DNA from: Octopus vulgaris
Taxonomy: Eukaryota
Direction: 5' to 3'
Length of the DNA: 64,000 nt
Assembly: GCA_951406725.2 (NCBI GenBank)
Contig: OX597840.1
Location: 18,910,001 to 18,974,000 of the forward strand
The notes under the pieces are model-generated. The model saw nothing but the letters and a program-made list of their open reading frames with translations. It was not told the DNA's origin and searched no databases. A program made the position numbers and the translations under genes. Positions 57,137 through 64,000 of the stretch are shown here, in pieces. Every line of letters begins with the position of its first letter. Within the stretch, counting starts at the first letter, position 1.

Positions 57137-57617
57137 AGACCTGGTAGAAACAGCAGCCAAATCTCCCTCAAATCACACCTTACTGTCTTATGTATGTATA
57201 TATATATGAGCCAATGAGGGGGTCCTCTACATGGTAGCTAGACCTGGTAGAAATAGCAGCCAAATTTCCCCCAAATCACACCATACTGTCTTATCTATGT
57301 ATATATGTATGTATGAGCCTATGAGGGAGACCCCTACATGGCAGCTAGACCTGGTAGAAATAGCAGCCAAATTTCCCCCAAATCACACCTTACTGTCTTA
57401 TCTATGTATATATGTATGTATGAGCCTATGAGTGAGACCCCTACATGGCAGCTAGACCTGGTAGAAATAGTAGCCAAATTTCCCCCAAATCACACCTTAC
57501 TGTCTTATCTATGTATATATGTATGTATGAGCCTATGAGGGAGACCCCTACATGGCAGCTAGACATGGTAGAAATAGCAGCCAAATCTCCCTCAAATCAC
57601 ACCTTACTGTCTTATCT
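57137..57617. repeat. 107-bp minisatellite, about 4.5 copies
   Basis: Equivalent ATG positions at 57231, 57338, 57445, 57552. Confidence 0.92.
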
Positions 57618-57881
57618 TTCTGCTACTTGGATATAGGTGTTATATTCGTCGTAAAAAAACTTTCCTGTCACACACTCACGCACACGCACACACACACACA
57701 CACACGCACCCTCACACACACACACACGCGCACACCCACACACACCCACTCACACACACGCACGTTAGCTTACAATTTTATTTATATATTTGCGTGTCTG
57801 TGTGGAAATAGGAAGTGGGAGGCAGAGTGAAAGAATCACTCACTACAGTAAGTCAATTACTTTCATTTTATTCGTTGCCCA

Positions 57882-58376
57882 CTGTGTGTGTGCGTTTGCG
57901 TGTGCTGTAAACCAGACTAAGAAAAGCATTTGACACACACACCAGAATGTGAGTTTTCTGTAAATTTTGCTTAACTGGAGTTTAAATTTTAAAAACTGGA
58001 CCTGGCATGACGCGATGCATTGTACTCTTAAAAATGCAAGGTAAATTGTAATTGAAGAAATCCTATATTGTAGATTTGTATAACTCCCAAAGGGAGGCAG
58101 ATAAAATCTGCCTTTTATAATAAGAGATATCTCTTATTATAAAAGGCAGATTTTATCTGCCTCCCTTTGGGAGTTATACAAATCTACAATATAGGATTTC
58201 TTCAATTACAATTTACCTAGCATTTTTAAGAGTACAATGCATCGCGTCATGCCAGGTCCAGTTTTTAAAATTTAAACTCCAATTAAGCAAAATTTACAGA
58301 AAACTCACATTCTGGTGTGTGTGTCAAATGTTTTTCTTAATGTGGTTTACACCACACGCAAACGCACACACACACA
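57882..58376. repeat. Palindrome (~245-bp arms) centred at 58128/58129
   Basis: ataataagagat|atctcttattat; few mismatches between arms. Confidence 0.92.
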
Positions 58377-58582
58377 AAGGGAGCGAATTGTTTCACTGAC
58401 GCTATCACCCTTCTCCTCCTTTGTCTTTGCAAGTTGGCAGCTATTAAAGTGAAAACAGTGAATCCGACAGCGATTAAGAACACGAATTAGCACCTGAATG
58501 GAGTGAAAATTTAAAAACTGTTTCTTTCGGTGATTTTTCTGAAGAAACTGCACCAAGCCACAGACTTTCCCAGAAGAGTAAA

Positions 58583-58775
58583 GCCTTACACTATTTCTAT
58601 TTACTTTTTCGAATGAGCCCATTTAAAATCATTACGGCAGAAACGAAACGTTACGCTAAACGTAAACAAAACGAAAGAAACGATAGTTTGTTATTTTCCA
58701 CAACCTTAAATGAAATTAAGGCCTATTTTGCCATAAATATTATTATGGGTATCAGAAAGTTACCCAGAATAACAA
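58583..58775 (+). pseudogene. piggyBac transposase fragment
   Basis: LHYFYLLF..IITAETKRYA..TTLNEIKAYFAINIIMGIRKLPRI; TIR-like end gtaacgaaagga-TTAA at 59674-59689. Confidence 0.75.
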
Positions 58776-59448
58776 ATTCTATCGTAAAATTTTGTTGTAT
58801 ACCCAATTGAATATTAGCTAATAACCCATTTTCTATAGCGATGTTTGAACAAAATTTTAATAATTTTACAGAAAGTTACCCAGAATAACAAATTCTATCG
58901 TAAAATTTTGTTGTATACCCAATTGAATATTAGCTAATAACCCATTTTCTATAGCGATGTTTGAACAAAATTTTAATAATTTTACAGAAAGTTACCCAGA
59001 ATAACAAATTCTATCGTAAAATTTTGTTGTATACCCAATTGAATATTAGCTAATAACCCATTTTCTATAGCGATGTTTGAACAAAATTTTAATAATTTTA
59101 CAGAAAGTTAACCAGAATAACAAATTCTATTGTAAAATTTTGTTGTATACCCAATTGAATATTAGCTAATAACCCATTTTCTATAGCGATGTTTGAACAA
59201 AATTTTAATAATTTTACAGAAAGTTACCCAGAATAACAAATTCTATCGTAAAATTTTGTTGTATACCCAATTGAATATTAGCTAATAACCCATTTTCTAT
59301 AGCGATGTTTGAACAAAATTTTAATAATTTTACAGAAAGTTACCCAGAATAACAAATTCTATCGTAAAATTTTGTTGTATACCCAATTGAATATTAGCTA
59401 ATAACCCATTTTCTATAGCGATGTTTGAACAAAATTTTAATAATTTTA
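58753..59448. repeat. 116-bp minisatellite, 6 near-identical copies
   Basis: Unit starts at 58753, 58869, 58985, 59101, 59217, 59333. Confidence 0.95.
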
Positions 59449-59797
59449 TATATTGTTGAATTTGCCTGTATCTACCTGCAATTAGAGTCACTTTGTGACA
59501 AAAATTATAGTATAGAATTGGTTGAGGACATTTCATTAAATTATCTTCCAAAAATCACATTAATATATTGATAAATAAAAAAGTTATAGTTGTTTAATGA
59601 AACCAGACTAAATTTATGATTACGTTAGAAATTAATTGAAACACATAAGGGGTGTATTTTGGTCAGAAATATAGTAACGAAAGGATTAAGAAAAACCAAA
59701 AAATATTTTATTCTTTATAAATGTTGTATTCAAAATAACATTTTCTTTTAAGAATGCGTATATAACAAAGTATGTGTGTATAACTACGTGGCTTATA

Positions 59798-60194
59798 TCT
59801 TTAAATATAAGAGTGAAGTTGTGTGTCTGTCTCCTACGATTTAGATTCCTAACTACTCCCACATTTTGCGGTGCAGTGTAACCAAAACCGGGTATCTTAT
59901 AGTCGTGATTCATATCGAGCCCTTCTGGGTATTAGCGCGCGTCTACGATGAGTCTACGATTTAAAAAAATTTACCATCATATTTTTCCATTTTAATGCAT
60001 TTTTTTCGCTATTATATAAGGGAAGTAACTCTCTAAAAATATCTACGATGTGTCAACGATTTAAAAATAAATTTACCTTAATTTTTTTTCCATTTTTTAT
60101 GCATTTTTTCCCTATTTTTTGGCTATAACTCTCTAAAAATGCTTATATAGTTATTTCCCTTACAAACCCGAGCAACGCCGGGCGATACTGCTAG
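59798..60194 (+). mobile_element. Non-autonomous Helitron-like element (inverted partner of 55928-56320)
   Basis: A|TCttt..cccgagcaacgccgggcgatactgCTAG|T. Confidence 0.82.
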
Positions 60195-60368
60195 TATAAA
60201 TATATAAACATATTCACATACAAATACATATATTACACACATATACATACATATACAAAAAATGATATGCCCATAACCCATTACAATTTCTTACCCCTAA
60301 ATATAATGAAGTAAAAATGCTCATAATAACTGGTTGTATCTATTTCAAAGGGTATTTTATAATAAGTG

Positions 60369-61325
60369 TTATTTATATCTGGAGAAAGTATACCCCAATT
60401 TATGAAGACATGAACCATTATGTTCCTTAAGATTGTTAATAATCGGTTGATTAGTCCTAATTATGAAGAAAATCTCATTAATGCATAATGAACATTTTTT
60501 ATTCCTATTATTATACGCTGGTGCAGATATAAGTATTTTCCATTGCAAATTATAATTGATTTTTTTTAATCCTTAAGCTCCCATATATATGCACTTAACC
60601 CTGTAGAATTACTCCTATTTCTATTTTTAAAAGTATATCTGTGATAATTAAGTCTCTGTTTCAAATTATTCTTTGTAGTCCCAATATAGACTCTATTATT
60701 GCGTTGTGTAGTTACTATACATTGATTTACTACCTCCTTTTCTTGCAGTCATTATTAAATACACAATTTTCTCTAATCCTACAATTGCACCTATAAGCTT
60801 TACTTTATTATGATTAATTGCTACTGCATTATTATCAATATTATTATTGTTAATATTATTAACATTATTACTTATTATTCCCATATCCATCGGCATATTA
60901 TTATTGATATTATTGTTCTTATTTATGCTATATTTTATGTTATTACACTATAGTGTTATCATTACTAATTCTATTAATATTATCCATGCTATAATTACTC
61001 GTTATAGTATTACTATTACTATAGTTTCCATTTCGATTATTATTACTTATATTGTTATAAATATTATATCTTAAGTTACAGTAAGACAGATTTGTGTTAC
61101 CTAAATTATTTTTTCTATTTAGATAGAAATAATCAAGTTTTTTTTTATTATTAATTGAGGATATGACGGTGGCCAGATTATGAGTAAGACTGTATCCTAT
61201 TCTAATAGTTTTATTATTAATTATCTCACAGTATTTGTTCTTTCCTTTTCCAAAATGCTTGTTTATTAAATTAAAAATATTTCTTACTATGTTATTTTTA
61301 ATTTGCATAACATATGGAATTATTA
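60369..61325 (-). pseudogene. PLE C-terminal GIY-YIG fragment
   Basis: TIRIGYS..NLATVISSINNK; IVYLI..VYIGTT..KQRLNYH; STGLSAYIWEL; CSLCINE; CLHK..FSRYK*. Confidence 0.85.
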
Positions 61326-61327
61326 AG

Positions 61328-61353
61328 TGGGGTCGAATAAATCGACCCCAGTA

Positions 61354-61392
<39 letters not shown>

Positions 61393-61703
61393 GAAGCCTG
61401 GTACTTATTGTATCGCTGGCTTTTGCCGAGCCGCTAGCTTACAGAGAGGTATACAAACCGGTGCCGGTGTCAAGCGATGGTGAGGGACAAACACAGGCAC
61501 ACACACACACACATACACACACATACACACACACATATATGTACATACACGACGAGCTTCTTTTAGTTTCTGTCTACCAAATCCACTTTGCTCGACCCAA
61601 AGCTATTGTAGAAGACACTTGGCCAAGGTGCCATGCAGTGGGACTGAACCTACAACCATGTGGTTGGGAAGCAAACGTCTTACCACACAACCACTCCTGC
61701 GCC
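61328..61703 (-). mobile_element. SINE family A, diverged
   Basis: rc head ggcgcaggagtggttgtgtgg plus shared body. Confidence 0.8.
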
Positions 61704-61760
61704 TATATATTCATTTACACACACACACACATGTGTATGTATTCAAATACATATATCTAT

Positions 61761-61990
61761 TTCTTTACTACCCACAAGGTGCTAAACACAGAGAGGACAA
61801 ACAAGGACAGACAAACGGATTAAGTCGATTATATCGACCCCAGTGCGTAACTGGTACTTTATTTATCGACCCCGAAAGGATGAAAGGCAAAGTCGACCTC
61901 GGCGGAATTTGAACTCAGAACGTAGTGGCAGACGAAATACCGCTAAGCATTTCGCCCGACGTGCTAACGATTCTGCCAGCTCACCGCCTT
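61761..61990 (-). mobile_element. SINE family B with 18-bp TSD
   Basis: tcaaatacatatatctat at 61743-61760 and 61991-62008. Confidence 0.92.
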
Positions 61991-62488
61991 TCAAATACAT
62001 ATATCTATAAACGTACTCACATAAATATATACATGCATGAATAGCATGCACACATACACAAACACAACACAAAAATAATGGTATTTTTTATAATCTTAAA
62101 GTTTATAGCGGACACCGTGCAAATGACTAAAGAAAATAGTGTAATAATGGGGCATATAAGCCCTCGACAGAAAAAAAGTAGGCTTTCCCGTAAGAGTGGA
62201 CTCAAACTTACATTCCGTCGTTAACGCGGCTTTGTTACCGATTACACCAGTGAACCCGCCCTCTTCTTTCTGTCAAATTTAAGAACTATATTAGTTCGTA
62301 GTTGTATTTGTAAACAAACTTTATGTGCTTCGGGTGCGAATGGTTTTGTTAAGCGGTCTGTAAATAATAATAATGGTATTTTTATAAACTTAAAGCTTAT
62401 AGCGATTATCGTGCAAATAACTAAAGAAAATGGATATTTTCGCTTTGACCGGCAGATTTTTAAAATAATTTCTTTATTCAAGTGGGCT

Positions 62489-62562
62489 GGATCGCTGGTG
62501 TAATCGCTAACACACTTAGTCACATTAACAAAGAGATGTGGGTTCGAGTCCCACGCGTACTG
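62489..62562 (+). pseudogene. tRNA-like gene followed by a T6 Pol III terminator; inverted paralogue at ~62188-62257
   Basis: D-arm gtgt-aatcgcta-acac; T-arm gtggg-TTCGAGT-cccac; acceptor ggatcgc/gcgtact with 2 mismatches; TTTTTT at 62573-62578. Confidence 0.55.
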
Positions 62563-62818
62563 GAAAGCCTACTTTTTTCCTGTCGAGGGCTTATATACCC
62601 CATTATTGGACTATTTTCCATAGCCATTTGCACGCTGGTCGTTATAAGCTTTAAGCTTATTAAAAAAATACCATTATTATTGACAGAATTATGAAACTCG
62701 ACACCGCTTAACAATACCATTCGCACATATATATATACATCCATATATATATAAACATACACACAGGAATATATACATGCAAGCATACTTACACAAGCAC
62801 AGCACACAGACACACATA

Positions 62819-63203
62819 TCTCTCTCTATATAAACGGCAGTTTGTCTGTGCGTTTTCTGTGTGTCTGTTTTCTCGTACCCTCACTCTGACCACGGCTTTC
62901 AACCGATTCTGATGAAACTTGACACACACATAGCCCAATGTCATAATTCAAAACTAACGCAGCGAAAATTTTGAAAAGTTCCCCCAGTTCTGAAAAAAAT
63001 CGATAAATTCGACATGGGGTCGAGAATCAGAAACCCAAACCACAGACCGTCTAGGGGACGCAACTCCACCTTTTTTAACTCTCAAAAAAAATTTACCATC
63101 ATTTTTTTCCCATTTTTTTTGCTATTTTTTGGCTATAACTCTCTAAAAATGCTTTATAGTTATTTCCCTTACAAACCTGAGCAACGCCGGGCGATACTGC
63201 TAG
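62819..63203 (+). mobile_element. Non-autonomous Helitron-like element (different 5' part, same 3' end)
   Basis: A|TCtctc..tataaacggcagtttgtctgtg; 3' ~120 bp shared with the 59798 copy, ending CTAG|T. Confidence 0.8.
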
Positions 63204-63408
63204 TATATATATAAAACGGTATTTTATTATTCTTGAAAAGCTTATTTTTCTTAATGGTGTTGAAGCAGCTGTAATTTACGAGATGTGTCATTTGTATAAA
63301 ATAATATAATTGAATTGAATTTATGATTTGATGATTAAATTATTTAATTGTTCAATTTAATATTTTGGTTTCCATTTCTAATATTAATAATAATATAATT
63401 TCTAATAT

Positions 63409-63469
<61 letters not shown>

Positions 63470-63852
63470 CGTTGATCACAGAACAAACATCAAATTCGAG
63501 TCAACGACTTTATATATAACACCATGCTTCCAAACATTTGATCATATATAAATATTACCATGGCTCTTAAGTATATAAAGTATACATATATAAATAATAC
63601 AGAAGGTAATATATATATATGCAAATAAAAATACAGATGTATAGAACGGCCTAAAAGAAGATATATACAATCGACTAAAAATTCTAAAATGTGTCATACT
63701 ACTAAAAATCTAAATGAAATAAAATATCAATCGACTAAAAAATTTTCTTTACTTCCCTCAAACAAAAGAGTACATCAAAACAGTTCATTTCATAAAAACC
63801 AAGGTAAGTTGGTGTCAGGACTAAAAAGGTTTCCACAAAATTTAGTCAAACA

Positions 63853-63936
63853 CAGCTATGGCCATTTCGGGAGTTCATTGCCGCGGTTCGATTACGAGTT
63901 AAAGTGCATTTCGGCAATGACCCCATCATCAGGATG
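63853..63936 (-). ncRNA. HHR motif with long stem II
   Basis: rc: catc CTGATGA tggggtcattgccg..cggcaatgaactccc GAAA tggcca TA gctg. Confidence 0.65.
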
Positions 63937-64000
63937 AACAGGAAACTCAACAAATTCATAAAAACCAATAAGTGATGTGGTTGTCAAATATATGCATATT

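Noticed and set aside
57137-59448. 107-bp and 116-bp arrays as CRISPR-like loci
   Set aside because: Whole units repeat with no unique spacers, there are no cas genes, and the context is eukaryotic.

Overview
This is very AT-rich, microsatellite-saturated animal DNA. The SINE families and repeat landscape suggest an octopod cephalopod (Octopus-like); that assignment is an inference. I find no convincing host protein-coding gene, and most ORF-track entries are read-throughs of (TA)n, (CA)n, (ATCT)n or (CTT)n tracts. The window is mostly mobile-element remains. These include several Penelope-like element (PLE) fragments (one RT that seems to end without an endonuclease, four RT-thumb/GIY-YIG copies, one rearranged head-to-head), CR1-like, RTE-like and R4/Dong-like LINE pieces, about 20 tRNA-derived SINE copies, mariner/maT/piggyBac remnants and non-autonomous Helitron-like elements. 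There are also two minisatellite arrays and an inverted segmental duplication (18993-21381 vs 41897-43592). The strongest hidden signal is RNA structure: I read about 25 hammerhead-ribozyme (HHR)-like motifs by eye, about 10 with an intact catalytic core. They sit in short non-coding units that insert at (TA)n tracts as palindromes or head-to-tail partial tandems, suggesting a PLE-mobilised, retrozyme-like RNA system. All folds and alignments were made by eye and need computational confirmation.
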